From an uncultured Verrucomicrobiae bacterium (GTDB taxonomy: Bacteria; Verrucomicrobiota; Verrucomicrobiia; Chthoniobacterales; JAFAMB01), in NCBI GenBank assembly GCA_963813025.1, contig CAWEXO010000012.1, forward strand, positions 113,794-177,793: a stretch of DNA of 64,000 nt, in the 5' to 3' direction. This document shows, in pieces, positions 1 to 14,245 of this stretch. Both the position numbers and the translations under genes were made by a program. The notes under the pieces are model-generated. The model had not been told where the DNA came from. It searched no databases and saw nothing but the letters and a program-made list of their open reading frames with translations. Position 1 is the stretch's first letter, and every line of letters begins with the position of its first letter.

Positions 1-598
1 GGGCTGCTCGCCCGCGTTCCGGCTCGATTAAGATCGATGGTAAATGGATCCGCGGACACCATCCAATAGACGCGATTCGGCGCGGAGTCGCTTTTTGTCC
101 AGAAGACAGGAAGGAAGGCGGGATCATCCCGATTCGGTCAGTGACCGAGAACATCAACTTAACGGCTCGACAACGGGGCGGTCTCCGAGGGTTTCTTATC
201 GATTTCAGCCGCGAGTTCAAAGTCACTGATCACTTCATTCAGCGATTAGGAATCAAGACGCCAAGCCGGCGACAGAAGATTCGCTTCCTCTCCGGCGGTA
301 ACCAGCAAAAAGTGATTTTGGCGCGTTGGCTGAATCTGCCTAACTTACGCGTCATCATCATGGATGAGCCCACTCGCGGTATCGATGTAGGGGCAAAGCA
401 TGAAATCTATAATCTTATCTATGAGCTTGCCGAGCGGGGAGGCGCGGTAGTCGTTGTCTCCAGCGAATTGCCGGAGATAATCGGCATTGCGGATCGAATG
501 GTCGTTATGCGAGATGGAGCGATTACCGCGGAAATTCCACGAGAAGATTTTTCGGAGCATCTTGCGCTGAGCTTGGCTTTACCTGACGAGCAGGTAGC

Positions 599-602
<4 letters not shown>
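1..602 (+). CDS. araG: L-arabinose-type sugar ABC transporter ATP-binding protein, C-terminal part (5' end outside window)
   Basis: Frame open from base 3 (…GVAFCPEDRKEGGII…); LSGGNQQKV signature and IIMDEPTRGIDVGAK Walker B; overlaps araH start (ATGA). Confidence 0.85.
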
Positions 603-2560
<1,958 letters not shown>

Positions 2561-2631
2561 TACAGGATTTTACGTGCGCAAAGCGAAAAAGGCTTGACCG
2601 CAGTAAGGAGATCATGATATTCAACACCTAT

Positions 2632-2645
2632 TGTATAAATATACA
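2632..2645. promoter_or_regulatory. Palindromic operator candidate TGTATA-AA-TATACA
   Basis: Perfect 6-bp inverted repeat 30 bp upstream of the transketolase-N start, between it and the divergent SorC-like gene; TTGACC at 2594. Confidence 0.45.
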
Positions 2646-2674
2646 TCCCCCAATTTCGATACAATTCCCGCTTC

Positions 2675-2792
2675 ATGCTGAACGAACGCGACCTTAAGCT
2701 CAAATCGGCGCAATACCGCAAAGCGTTGTTGCGCTTGATCAAAGCCTGTGGAGCTGGCCACACCGGGGGCGACCTCTCCTGTCTCGATATCC
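2675..2792 (+). pseudogene. N-terminal fragment of a split transketolase, N-terminal subunit (AptA-like)
   Basis: [39 protein letters not shown] carries the GHxGG motif; homology stops after about 39 aa. Confidence 0.8.
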
Positions 2793-2819
2793 AAAAACAA
2801 TGCAATCATCCATTTAATC

Positions 2820-3340
2820 ATGAAATTCCCCTACCTTCGTTTTCTTCTGCCCGCAGCAGCCTTTGCAAGTATGGCCGGTGCGGTTTCCACCGGCAGCGCC
2901 CAGGATTCGGCAAAGCCTCCGGTCTTTTCGACAAAATGGTCTCTCAGCCCCAACAACCTTCGACGAGCTGGAACAAGTGTTCCAAGCTGAAGGAATGGGT
3001 AAGCAAAGGCTACTTTAACGATGGTTTTATCTCGCTCGATCCGAACCAGGCAGCCCTTCTATTTGCGTCGTTCATAACGACGCCAGAGGTGGCCAAGCGA
3101 CACATTGCCCAGTTCGGTTCGCCAAGCGCTGTGGTGGGGGTTCTACCGCCTGCGGACGCCCGATCGAATGACACACTGACGGGTCTCACGCTCCTCTACA
3201 TCGGTTTTGGGGTCCCGTTCGGCGTGTTAGTAATGCGGGGATTCTTTCGTACCGTACCGACCGCTATTATCGAGGCGGCACGCATTGACGGTGCTTCCTA
3301 TCTCCGCATTTTTTTTTGTATCGCACCTCTCGCTGCTTGT
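2820..3340 (+). pseudogene. Fused remnants of a carbohydrate ABC substrate-binding protein and permease
   Basis: Signal peptide [24 protein letters not shown]-like [15 protein letters not shown]; permease EAA loop [22 protein letters not shown]. Confidence 0.7.
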
Positions 3341-3382
3341 CAGCCTACGAACTCTTAACCTTGAAAACCGTCCACGAAAACT

Positions 3383-4279
3383 ATGGACCCACTTTTTGTT
3401 CCTGAGCCGTCCAAAAAAGTCCGAGTAATCCTCAATACCGATGCTAAGAACGAGGCTGACGATCAGTACGCCATCGTTCACACGATTCTGACGCCGCTCT
3501 TTGACCTTCACGGTATCATCCCCGCTCATTTTGGAGACCGGAGAGGACCGGGCAGCCTGCGGGCCAGCCACGAAGAGGTCCTGAAGTTACTCGATTTGAT
3601 GCACCTTAGGGGCCGCATCCCGGTTCATGCCGGCGCCGAAAAAGCACTCCCGGACGAGAAGACCCCGATTCCCTCCGACGGCTCGGCTTTGATCATTCGA
3701 GAGGCCATGAAAGACGACGCCCGCCCGCTCCACGTCGCTTTTCTGGGTCCGTTGACAGACATGGCCTCAGCCGTGCTGGAGGAGCCGGCGATCGTGGAGC
3801 GCAATGTGCGCGTCATCTGGATCGGTGGTGAGGATTGGCCCGTGGGCGGGTCGGAGTTTAACCTATCGAATGACGTTACGGCAGCAAATCTGATTTTCCG
3901 CTCAAAGTTGGAACTATGGCAAATCCCGAGCACCGTCTACAAGAGAATGGCGGTCAGTTACGCCGAACTGGTGGAAAAAGTTTACGACAAGGGACCCCTC
4001 GGCAAATACCTGGTCGAACAGCTCGTCGAATGGAACAAGCGATACCATTCTCACGGTGCTATCGAACACCGGTCGCTCGGAGATTCGCCCGCCGTTGGCG
4101 TAATGCTGTATCCGGAATGCGGATGGTTCGACTGGTGCCCTGCCCCGGAATTCAACGCGGAAATGAATTACGTGCATACTGGGCGAAACCGGCCCATTCG
4201 CGTTTACCACGCCATTGATCAAAGGTTTATTCTGGAAGATTTCTTCGCTAAACTGACATGGTTCACTCGGCGGCCATGA
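3383..4279 (+). CDS. Nucleoside hydrolase (IUNH family)
   Basis: N-terminal ILNTDAKNEADDQYA Asp cluster, LGPLTD, EFNLSND, LGDSPAVG. Confidence 0.85.
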   Translation: MDPLFVPEPSKKVRVILNTDAKNEADDQYAIVHTILTPLFDLHGIIPAHFGDRRGPGSLRASHEEVLKLLDLMHLRGRIPVHAGAEKALPDEKTPIPSDGSALIIREAMKDDARPLHVAFLGPLTDMASAVLEEPAIVERNVRVIWIGGEDWPVGGSEFNLSNDVTAANLIFRSKLELWQIPSTVYKRMAVSYAELVEKVYDKGPLGKYLVEQLVEWNKRYHSHGAIEHRSLGDSPAVGVMLYPECGWFDWCPAPEFNAEMNYVHTGRNRPIRVYHAIDQRFILEDFFAKLTWFTRRP

Positions 4280-4371
4280 AGGGGCGCTTTTCCAGCAGGT
4301 CCAATGATTTACCTTCGACCTTGGGTTTACCCGCAAAAACAGAAACTTGAGTCATAAACAGGCAGAAAGAA

Positions 4372-5799
4372 ATGGTTATGAGCGGCCAGCAAAAGACTGT
4401 GCTCGGCGTGATTGTCGGCAACCGGAATTTTTTCCCGGACAGCCTCATCAGCCAGGGACGCCAGGACATCCTTGAGGTTTTGCAGGAACAAAACATCGAG
4501 GCAGTTATCCTGGACGAGCAAGCGACCAAACTTGGTGCAGTTGAAACTTGGGAGAGCGCTCGAAGGTGTGCAGCGCTTTTTGACGAAAACCGCCATCGAA
4601 TCGATGGGATTCTTGTCGCATTACCGAATTTCGGCGACGAGAAAGGCGTCACGGAGACCATTAAACTCTCGTCGCTGCGCGTGCCTATCCTTGTTCAGGC
4701 TTACCCCGATGATCTCGGCAAGTTCGGCTTGGAACGAAGGCGCGATGCTTTCTGCGGCAAGATCTCGGTCTGCAATAATTTGTATCAGTACGGGTTTCCT
4801 TTCAGCCTGACAGAACTCCACACGGTCGCTCCGAAAACCGAGTCTTTCCGAGCAGATCTTCAACGATTTGTCGCTGTGTGTCGCGTGGTGAAACGACTCA
4901 AGAATGCGCGTCTGGGTGCTGTGGGGGCGCGCCCGAATGCATTCAATACAACACGTTACAGCGAGAAACTCCTTCAGGCATTCGGCATCAGCGTCAACAC
5001 CGTTGACCTCTCCGAGATATTTGGAAGCGCGGCTAAGATCGAAGATGGTGACAAGCGGGTGAAGGAACGTCTGGAATCAATTGGTTCTTACGTTCCGACC
5101 AGCGGGATCCCGGCACCGTCACTGGTGAAAATGTCAAAGCTCGGGATTGTCCTCGATGATTGGATGCAGCGCTATGGTATAGACGCAACTGCGATCCAAT
5201 GTTGGGATTCACTTCAGCATAATTACGGAGTGAATGTCTGCACCCTGATGAGCATGATGAGTGAAAGCCTGCTGCCGAGCGCATGCGAAGTGGACGTGAC
5301 GGGAGTGGCTTCGATGTACGCGCTGCAATTGGCCTCCGGCAAACCCAGCGCCCTGGTTGATTGGAATAACAATTATGGGAGCGACCCGAACAAGTGCGTG
5401 CTTTTTCACTGCGGCAACTGGGCCAAAAGCTTTTTCTCGGATGTTAAGATGGCAAACGCGGAGATCCTTGCCACAACGCTGGGCACGGAAAATACTTATG
5501 GAACGGTAGCGGGTCGGACTCCAGCGGGTCCGTTTAGCTATGCACGTATCACTACGGATGATCGCCAAGGCGTGATCCGCGCCTACCTGGGAGACGGTCA
5601 CTTTGTTGACGACCCGCTGGATACATTTGGCAGCCGCGCCGTTGTTGAAGTGCCACGCCTCCAGGAGCTGATGAAATATATCTGCAAGAAAGGCTTTGAA
5701 CACCACGCCGCCATGAATGCCTCCCATACAGCAAAGATTCTAAGCGAGGCCTTCACAACCTATTTTGGCTGGGAGACCTACACGCACAGCGCCAGCTAA
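4372..5799 (+). CDS. L-fucose/L-arabinose isomerase-family sugar isomerase
   Basis: [39 protein letters not shown] and GFEHH motifs of the FucI-like family. Confidence 0.85.
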   Translation: MVMSGQQKTVLGVIVGNRNFFPDSLISQGRQDILEVLQEQNIEAVILDEQATKLGAVETWESARRCAALFDENRHRIDGILVALPNFGDEKGVTETIKLSSLRVPILVQAYPDDLGKFGLERRRDAFCGKISVCNNLYQYGFPFSLTELHTVAPKTESFRADLQRFVAVCRVVKRLKNARLGAVGARPNAFNTTRYSEKLLQAFGISVNTVDLSEIFGSAAKIEDGDKRVKERLESIGSYVPTSGIPAPSLVKMSKLGIVLDDWMQRYGIDATAIQCWDSLQHNYGVNVCTLMSMMSESLLPSACEVDVTGVASMYALQLASGKPSALVDWNNNYGSDPNKCVLFHCGNWAKSFFSDVKMANAEILATTLGTENTYGTVAGRTPAGPFSYARITTDDRQGVIRAYLGDGHFVDDPLDTFGSRAVVEVPRLQELMKYICKKGFEHHAAMNASHTAKILSEAFTTYFGWETYTHSAS

Positions 5800-5830
5800 C
5801 GCTCAAATCGTCATAGATAGACTTCATCAA

Positions 5831-6517
5831 ATGGCTCGCCTTGTCTTAGCCGCTGCCAGAACCAGAACAGCCATCAGCGTTTTAATCGCTTGCGCAATCA
5901 TCGCTTTCATCTGCCTTCGTCCGCCCTTCGTCATCAAGCCCCTGCGACCCGTTGCCAGTTCCGGACCCGGGGCTGTCACTAGTACCCCCGATAGCGCCAA
6001 CGGCTTCGTCGAGCCGATCTGGAACAGTAAAGTCATTCCTACGATTCTAACCAAAGCAATCGATGCCAACGTGTTGCTCCCCGAAATTCGAGGAAACCCG
6101 GAGACTGCCGGGCAAAAGTACGGTCGACGGGAAGCAACCAACCCCTTCAACTACATGATCAAGGGATCTGGCAAAGTTACCCAGGTGAACACCGAGTCGC
6201 GAGCAGGAACGATGACAGTAGAGGTCGCCAACGGCAGCGGTCATGAAAGCATCAGTCTGCAGATCGGCCCGGTCGTTATTGGCACAGCGTTGCGAGACGC
6301 GACCGGCCTCGTGAGCTTTAATCAATTTACCAATCAAATCGACTACGCGGGTGTCTCGAAGGAAATGAATTTGCGCGCTATTAAAGACGCGCTTGCCGGC
6401 AGAGACCCGGCCAGCTTTAACGGTAAGACCATTCAGTTTTTCGGCGCCTTCACCCTCGATCCGAAGTCGACCAGCCCCATCCGGGTAACTCCAGTCAAGT
6501 TGGTCATCGAGAGTTAG
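5831..6517 (+). CDS. DUF2291 family periplasmic protein
   Basis: LQIGPVVIGTALRDATGLVSFNQFTNQIDY motif with N-terminal hydrophobic anchor; start chosen at ATG 5831. Confidence 0.8.
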   Translation: MARLVLAAARTRTAISVLIACAIIAFICLRPPFVIKPLRPVASSGPGAVTSTPDSANGFVEPIWNSKVIPTILTKAIDANVLLPEIRGNPETAGQKYGRREATNPFNYMIKGSGKVTQVNTESRAGTMTVEVANGSGHESISLQIGPVVIGTALRDATGLVSFNQFTNQIDYAGVSKEMNLRAIKDALAGRDPASFNGKTIQFFGAFTLDPKSTSPIRVTPVKLVIES

Positions 6518-6529
6518 TCAAACTGCGCC

Positions 6530-8149
6530 ATGGCCTCAGCTTCACCGTCAACTCAACACGAGATTTCGCAGAACGGCATCATCCTGACAGCCCAGGACAT
6601 AACAAAAGTTTTTCCAGGCACGACGGCGCTCGACGGGGTCAACTTCAAGGTCTACCGCGGCAAAGTGAATGTTCTGGTAGGCGAGAACGGCGCCGGCAAG
6701 TCAACTCTGATGAAAATCTTAGCAGGCGTCGAACTGCCGACTTCCGGCCGTCTTCTCCTGGATGGCCATGAAGTAACATTCAGGAATACACGGGAAGCCG
6801 CCAAGGCCGGGGTCGGGATTATTTATCAGGAACTCAATCTTTTCCCAAATCTCAACATCGCTGAGAACATTTTTGCCGGGCGTGAGATTGCCAGAGTAGA
6901 CGTCGTTGACCATGGTGCCCAGGAGAAGCTCGCCCGCAAGATTCTGGACCGTCTGGAGCAACCGCTAAACCCGCGGACCTTGGTTAGCGACTTGCGCATG
7001 GGACAGCAACAGATTGTCGAGATTGCCAAGGCCCTTTCTCAGAACGTCCGAGTACTAATAATGGATGAACCTACTTCGGCTCTGACCGCTGCTGAGACCG
7101 AGGCGCTCTTTCAGATTATTGTGGACCTCAAAGCGCACGGGGTCGCGATCGTTTACATCTCTCACAAGCTGGAAGAGCTCTTGAGGATCGGCGACCATAT
7201 CACGGTACTCCGCGACGGCAGGTTTGCCGCAGAAGCACAAGCGGCCGACGTCGATATCACCTGGATTATTGAAAAGATGGTGGGACGGACCGTTCGCGCG
7301 CCAAGTCGCGCACACGGTGCTGCCAAGCACAACGGCACGGAACTGCTGAAGGTCCAAGATCTGACCCTTCCTCGGGCAGGCAAAGGTTTCACTCTGAAAA
7401 ATGTCTCCTTTTCCCTCCACGAAGGAGAGATTTTGGCCATCTATGGTCTGATGGGCGCCGGGCGGACAGAGCTCTTCGAATGCTTAATGGGCTTACATGC
7501 GGAGGCTACTGGGAAGATCACTTTGACAGGCAAACCGCTGCGCCACGAGACTGTCTTCGATCGAATCGCAAACGGGATCACTCTGGTGCCCGAGGATCGA
7601 CAACGGCTCGGGCTGGTCCAGCAATTGTCGGTAGCCCAAAATATTAGCCTGGCTAGCCTGAGACATTATCTTCGCTCGTTCTGGATCTCGGATCGCCAGG
7701 AGACTGCCGCTATAACCAGAATGATCAAGGAGCTGGCCATCAAGGTGCGGTCGCCGCAACAACCCATTACTTCGCTGAGCGGCGGCAACCAGCAAAAGGT
7801 CGTAGTGGCGAAAAGTTTACTAACCCATCCGAAGGTATTATTGCTGGACGAGCCGACCCGAGGAATTGATGTGGGCGCCAAAGCGGAGATTTTTCAAATT
7901 ATTAATCGCTTAGCCAGCGAAGGGCTCGGGATCCTCTTTGTCTCGTCTGAGCTTCCCGAGGTGTTGGCCGTACCTGACCGCATCTTGGTGCTGTCCCGGG
8001 GCCGTGTGTCCGGCGTTTTCGGCCACGCCGAAGTCACCGAAGAGCTTCTCGTCCGGGCCTCGAGCGCTTATCGCCAGACGGACCTGGTGGGTGTCGAAGA
8101 CACCGAGGTTACCCCGCGCCAGGGACACACCGCTAATCAGCTACCATGA
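6530..8149 (+). CDS. Sugar ABC transporter ATP-binding protein (RbsA-like, two ABC domains)
   Basis: GENGAGKST, MDEPTSAL, LSGGNQQK, LDEPTRGIDVGAK. Confidence 0.93.
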   Translation: MASASPSTQHEISQNGIILTAQDITKVFPGTTALDGVNFKVYRGKVNVLVGENGAGKSTLMKILAGVELPTSGRLLLDGHEVTFRNTREAAKAGVGIIYQELNLFPNLNIAENIFAGREIARVDVVDHGAQEKLARKILDRLEQPLNPRTLVSDLRMGQQQIVEIAKALSQNVRVLIMDEPTSALTAAETEALFQIIVDLKAHGVAIVYISHKLEELLRIGDHITVLRDGRFAAEAQAADVDITWIIEKMVGRTVRAPSRAHGAAKHNGTELLKVQDLTLPRAGKGFTLKNVSFSLHEGEILAIYGLMGAGRTELFECLMGLHAEATGKITLTGKPLRHETVFDRIANGITLVPEDRQRLGLVQQLSVAQNISLASLRHYLRSFWISDRQETAAITRMIKELAIKVRSPQQPITSLSGGNQQKVVVAKSLLTHPKVLLLDEPTRGIDVGAKAEIFQIINRLASEGLGILFVSSELPEVLAVPDRILVLSRGRVSGVFGHAEVTEELLVRASSAYRQTDLVGVEDTEVTPRQGHTANQLP

Positions 8150-9204
8150 CAACCGCACTTTCGTCTTCCGCAGGGTCAGCAAGCGTTTCCCAACTTAGTA
8201 TCGGAGTTTTTCTCTTTCGCTTACGTGCATTTATCGCATTGCTGATTTTGATCGGCATATTCACTCTGCTTACGCCCTCTTTCTTCACCCGGGAAAACCT
8301 AATCATTCTGGTAGGTCAGACTGCCATTAACGCGATCATGGCTGTCGGTATGACCTTTGTAATCCTCACGGGAGGAATCGATCTCTCGGTCGGATCCACG
8401 GTTGGGCTGGCTGCGATGGTTTCGGGCTTGCTCATCGATCGGGGTCTGGAGCTGCCAATGCTTGGAATCGTTGTGTACTTCAACATTCCAGCCATCATCA
8501 TTCTCGTCCTTGGTCTGGGTATCCTGGTCGGTGCATTCAACGGCATTCTGGTTACTCGCTTCAATGTTGCTCCGTTTATCGCGACCCTGGGGACGTTGTA
8601 TGTCGCGCGCGGTCTGGCTCAACTAAGTAATGAGGGAGCGACTTTCCCCAATCTCGTTGGAAATCCCGCTCTGGGAAATACTGGGTTCCCTATCCTCGGA
8701 GCTGGCACGATCCTTGGCATTCCGATCGTGATTTGGATCATGATCATTTTTACTGGCCTTGGCTGGTTTGTGGCGGCCAAGACTCCGTTCGGGCGCCAGG
8801 TCTATGCAGTCGGGGGAAACGAGCGAGCTGCGGAATTATCCGGTATCTACGTTCAGCGAATCAAGATGGCAGTCTATATGATTTGCGGGATGTGTGCCGC
8901 CATGACTGGTTTGGTGACCGCCTCTCAGTTAGTAGCAGCCCATCCCGCAACAGGCGAAAGCTACGAACTCAATGCGATTGCGGCTGTCGTACTGGGCGGT
9001 ACCTCTCTGGCCGGTGGACGGGGTACCGTCTGGGGTACCCTGATCGGCGCTTTGGTTATCGGTGTACTAACGAATGGGCTCGTTCTTCTTGGAGTCCAAG
9101 AGTTCTGGAAGAAAGTTATTACCGGACTCGTGATTATCCTGGCCGTTGTGCTCGATCAGTTACAAGCGAGGTTACAGCAGCGGCTTGCCCTGAAACGTGG
9201 TTAA
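8146..9204 (+). CDS. Sugar ABC transporter permease (RbsC-like)
   Basis: GMTFVILTGGIDLSVGS, FGRQVYAVGGNERAAELSG; multiple TM helices. Confidence 0.93.
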   Translation: MTTALSSSAGSASVSQLSIGVFLFRLRAFIALLILIGIFTLLTPSFFTRENLIILVGQTAINAIMAVGMTFVILTGGIDLSVGSTVGLAAMVSGLLIDRGLELPMLGIVVYFNIPAIIILVLGLGILVGAFNGILVTRFNVAPFIATLGTLYVARGLAQLSNEGATFPNLVGNPALGNTGFPILGAGTILGIPIVIWIMIIFTGLGWFVAAKTPFGRQVYAVGGNERAAELSGIYVQRIKMAVYMICGMCAAMTGLVTASQLVAAHPATGESYELNAIAAVVLGGTSLAGGRGTVWGTLIGALVIGVLTNGLVLLGVQEFWKKVITGLVIILAVVLDQLQARLQQRLALKRG

Positions 9205-9310
9205 CCGTTTGAAAAGAAGGAGGTGATACCAGACGCAAAAGAACGTTATAACTTCGCAACAATAATGGCGTAGAACTTCTTTCTACTTTCAACCCTGTAA
9301 TTTTGTTTAA

Positions 9311-10351
<1,041 letters not shown>

Positions 10352-10954
10352 CTGATACATCCCCACTGAAGCTTCTTGTATGGCGCCCCTTATCGCTGCC
10401 CGTCGATTGGGGCGTCCAACCACACAAGGATCGGCTCGAGTCCAGCCATTGCTCCCTGGTCATTTTCTTTGCGCAAGACGTCCAATCGAGGCACGATGTG
10501 GGATCCTTCTGGAACGGCCGAATCCTGATCATCGATTTTCTCGCGAAGTTCGGCAGTTTCGGAAATGTACCAATGGAACGAACTTTTAGATTAGTTGGAG
10601 AAGGTTCGACTTGGAGATTCTGAGGCAGAATTTCCACTCGCCCCGCGCAACGGTGGAAAAAATGGAAGACCACTACTATCTGCAAATCCACGGAGCATTT
10701 TGGACCGGAAATGAGGTTTCGGATTGGGACTCCGCTGAAGATGAGCTTAGCCAGATAAATGGCATCGCTAAGCTATTGCAGACGCGATGGCTTCCTTTCT
10801 GGTCACAACCTGGAAAGAGCGGTCCACCTCTGAAACAAAATCAAAGCCAACTATCAACCATGAAGACGAGTCAGCCTCCGGCTCAAACCAGCTTACCTTA
10901 AATCCCGCATCTAGCTCCCCAAGCGCATCAGATTAAAAAGAGCCTTCCACTCTA

Positions 10955-11510
10955 ATGAGACACCTCCTGCTCCGCTCGCTCGCCGGCCTCGCGTGGCTCG
11001 GTGTTTTCACTCTGCCGCAGACTTCCGCCGCACCCAAGCCGGAACCGGACAAACCGAATTTCAGCGGCACCTGGACACTGGACCTTAAAGCATCGACTTC
11101 ACTCGAACCCCTGATGAAGCAACTCGGAGCCAGTTTCCTCGAACGAAAATACGCCGCCTCGGCTGGGCTTAAAGCCACCCTCTACCAAACCGAATACGTT
11201 CTGACGGTCGCTGCCCGCGGCCCCGGCTTCGCCTTAGATGAAATCCTTTATCTCGACGGACGCACCGAGCCAAGCAACCTAAAACTCCTCGGAGCGACTT
11301 CCATCAAGACCACAACCGCCTGGTCCAAGGAGGACAAGCAGCTCGTCGCGACTCATCAGATCAATAACGAAACAGGGGAAGGAAGGCGAACTGATCATCA
11401 AAAGGTACCTGATAAACGAAGGGAAAAGCTTGGTGGTTGAATTCACCCTAAAACTCAACGCAGAACCAAACCAAACCTCTGCCCGCCAAATCTGGCACAA
11501 GCAAGCTTAA
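10955..11510 (+). pseudogene. Secreted lipocalin/FABP-like beta-barrel protein, frameshifted near 11365
   Basis: Signal peptide and NFSGTWTLD; the alternative frame continues TKQGKEGELIIKRYLINEGKSLVVEFTLKL…ARQIWHKQA* to 11510. Confidence 0.55.
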
Positions 11511-11543
11511 TTAGGTGAGCCGCGTGAAGCCGGCCCAGGCCCT

Positions 11544-12173
11544 TCAGGAGATTTCAAAGCAACAGCGTGGTGCTTCTCCGTGGTGGCAGCGTTCCTTTAC
11601 GGGGATGCCGATAATTTCCGAAAGAAGTGCCTCTACGATCAGACAAGCCTCCGGATGATGGGCCGTGGCGGCAGAAAGAGGGCAACCATTTCCATTAATA
11701 AATTGTTTCCCCTCGCCCTCCTGGACCGTGGCGTAACCGCCTAAAGCCTTTAGGGCACTCAATGCGATTTCAATCCGCTGGTCACGCGTTTTACCTTTAA
11801 CCTGATCGATATGTTCCATCGCGGCCGCCCGACCAACCTCGCGCAAGCTCGCTTGCAATTCCTGCGAAGGTAAGCGCCTACCGATGACCCCGAGAACGTG
11901 GCGTAGGAGCGAACCGTATGCGGTTGGGAAAAGATATTCAGCTTCGCTAGTAATACCATATAGAGAGTGGGGCTTGCGAAGACCAGGCCGGGTCCCTAGC
12001 TGCTGGACCAAACCATCGCGCTCAAGGCTCGTCAGGTGAGAGCGAATCGCGTTATCAGTTAGTTCCAATGCCTCAGCAAGTTCATTAACGGTGCGGTCCT
12101 CGCTCCGGAGCAAAGCAAGAATTTTACCACGTGTGCTGGCCAAAAGGCGCTGGCGCCATCCAGGAATCTTCAC
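11544..12173 (-). CDS. ArsR/SufR-like (COG2345) transcriptional regulator
   Basis: HTH TVNELAEALELTDNAIRSHLTSLERDGLV; C-terminal GCPL…C…CHHG…CCF cysteines. Confidence 0.85.
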   Translation of the reverse strand: MKIPGWRQRLLASTRGKILALLRSEDRTVNELAEALELTDNAIRSHLTSLERDGLVQQLGTRPGLRKPHSLYGITSEAEYLFPTAYGSLLRHVLGVIGRRLPSQELQASLREVGRAAAMEHIDQVKGKTRDQRIEIALSALKALGGYATVQEGEGKQFINGNGCPLSAATAHHPEACLIVEALLSEIIGIPVKERCHHGEAPRCCFEIS

Positions 12174-12484
12174 AGTTGGACTATAGGCTAAAGCTCGAAA
12201 TAATCAAAATATTCTCAAAAACTTATTGACTTATCTCAGTATTCGCGTTACTGGCCTTGGGTTCGTGAATTCAGTAGTCAACAACTCCTCACGCTAAAAT
12301 GGCTTTTTGTTCATTGAATTGGTCACAGCGTTGGCGAACCGACTCTGCGGCATTTGAGGGACTCGCTCCTTCAGCCCGCGCCACTATACTTGGCCGGGCA
12401 AGCCTTTTTTCAGACATCGTGCTGCGCCATGCAACAAAGGCCATTAAGAGGTTTCAGAAATAACTCAATCCGAAGGAGAAAAAA

Positions 12485-12832
12485 ATGAAGAAGCTAGTAA
12501 TGAGTATTGGTGCAAGCCTGTTGCTGGTGCCTGGTTTATGGGCGGCGAAGGACACAACCTTCAGCGGCGAGATCATGGACGAAGCGTGTGCCAAGGGTGG
12601 CGGGCACGAGTCGATGTTCAAGAAGATGGGTACCAACGATCCTAAAGCGTGTACCGAGGCATGCGTTAAGATGGGGAGCAAGTACGTACTGTTTAAGCCA
12701 GACAAAACGTACTACCGACTGGACGACCAGAAGAAGCCCGTGCCGTTCGCCGGGCAGAAGGTGGAGGTTACAGGAAGCCTGAACAAGGCGAGCAAGACGA
12801 TCCACGTCACAGACATCAAAGCAGCATCGTAG
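12485..12832 (+). CDS. Secreted small Cys-containing OB-fold-like protein (DUF5818-like)
   Basis: RBS AAGGAG, signal peptide, GEIMDEAC…CTEACVKMGSKYVL…FAGQKVEVTG. Confidence 0.7.
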   Translation: MKKLVMSIGASLLLVPGLWAAKDTTFSGEIMDEACAKGGGHESMFKKMGTNDPKACTEACVKMGSKYVLFKPDKTYYRLDDQKKPVPFAGQKVEVTGSLNKASKTIHVTDIKAAS

Positions 12833-12906
12833 ACCTGGGGAAAGGGCTGAGCGCCTAACCTGCCCTCTCTGGCTTTCTGGACGATTTTTCTGCCAGGGCT
12901 AATTGG

Positions 12907-13404
12907 ATGAAGCGCTCGATTCTTCTTGCACTTATGGCTCTTGCGCTGGCTGCAGTGGTGGTGGTCGGGGGATTGACTCAAATAAGGCTCGATGCGCTTC
13001 AGGAGCCCGGCCATCTCGAGACCGTTTTTGCGGCACAAGTAAAACACCACTTGGTCCGCCGCAACAGCCGCGAGGGTATTCCCCCGGCATCGCCGAATCT
13101 GCAATCGAGCATCGAGGAAGGGGACAAGCTCTACGGCACCGAATGCGCAATGTGTCACGGCCTCGACGGCCATACCCTCACTGACACGGGTCGTTGGATG
13201 TATCCGCGCGCTGCGGACCTTACCTCGGTGGCAGTGCAGAACTATTCCGATCGCGAATTATTCTGGATCGTCAAAAATGGAATTCGACTGAGCGGGATGC
13301 CCGGGTTTGGAAGAGTCGAATCCGACGAGCACATCTGGAACTTGGTGCACTACGTAAGGACTCTGCGCGGAGCGGTTCGCGTTTCTCCAGATTCCGACAA
13401 ATAG
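12907..13404 (+). CDS. Monoheme c-type cytochrome
   Basis: CAMCH heme motif, ELFWIVKNGIRLSGMPGF, N-terminal membrane anchor. Confidence 0.9.
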   Translation: MKRSILLALMALALAAVVVVGGLTQIRLDALQEPGHLETVFAAQVKHHLVRRNSREGIPPASPNLQSSIEEGDKLYGTECAMCHGLDGHTLTDTGRWMYPRAADLTSVAVQNYSDRELFWIVKNGIRLSGMPGFGRVESDEHIWNLVHYVRTLRGAVRVSPDSDK

Positions 13405-13608
13405 AAGGGGCGACTGATCGATGGCTAGATCCCACTTTTAAAGAAACCACGCTTAGCTGACACGACGCTTGCCTGGGCATTACAAACCTGAAAGGAAGCG
13501 AGAAGCCGGTCTTGATCGACGGCTCTGGCCTGTGAAGGAGGAAATCGTGTTGGTTCGCCGCGACTGATCCAACAGCTGTGCCGCTCACCGCACCGATCGG
13601 CACAAAAA

Positions 13609-13643
13609 GAGCCGCGAGTGACTCGACACCGCTCGCGGCTTTC
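13609..13643. terminator. Probable bidirectional intrinsic terminator
   Basis: AGCCGCGAG…CTCGCGGCT stem with A-run before and T's after, between convergent genes. Confidence 0.5.
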
Positions 13644-13774
13644 AGACCATGGGATGGACTACATGCGCAAGAAATCGAGCAAAAATCCGCCCACGAACGA
13701 ACGATGATATCGCGGCCAAGAATCTTTTACGAATCCCGGGCGTACGGTTTTTCCGTTTCGGTGTGAGTCGCAGT

Positions 13775-14036
13775 GATCTAGCCGCTTCAGGCACGATGCA
13801 TAGATTGCCAGGGCGCGTAGCGGCCAGTAGTTCCGGTAGTAGTCGTACCGCAGGTAGATTACTCCTGGAAAGCCCGTGCCAGTCGGCAGCCTCTCGTCCC
13901 ACGTACCGTCCGATCTCTGACGACTGAGTAAATATGCAACGCCTCGTTGGATGCTAGCGCGGTTAAGCTCCGGGAAAACGCAAAGTCCCATCAGCGCCCA
14001 CGCGGTCTGCGACGCCGTGCTTTCTCCTTTTCCCTT
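13775..14036 (-). pseudogene. shc: Squalene-hopene cyclase C-terminal fragment
   Basis: STASQTAWALMGL…RGVAYLLSRQRSDGTWDE…TGTGFPGVIYLRYDYYRNYWPLRAL (QW repeat and terminal motif). Confidence 0.85.
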
Positions 14037-14044
14037 TTCTTCAG

Positions 14045-14245
14045 GATCGATGTCGCGTTGTTGAAAATACCGGCTGACAATCTGCCGGCGCTGACCTTGG
14101 CCGACAGCGACAAAGTCGAAGTCGGTGATGTCGTTCTAGCCGTCGTAAATCCGTTCGGTGTGGGCCAGACAGTAACGGTCGGTATCGTCAGCGCCAAGGA
14201 CCGGGTGACTTCAGGCAATATGGATGAGGGTTTCATTCAGATCAG
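14045..14245 (+). pseudogene. HtrA/DegP protease internal fragment
   Basis: DVALLKI…LADSDKVEVGDVVLAVVNPFGVGQTVTVGIVSAK…FIQ. Confidence 0.8.

Noticed and set aside
13775..14036. Hopanoid biosynthetic cluster
   Set aside because: Only an isolated shc tail; no other hpn genes
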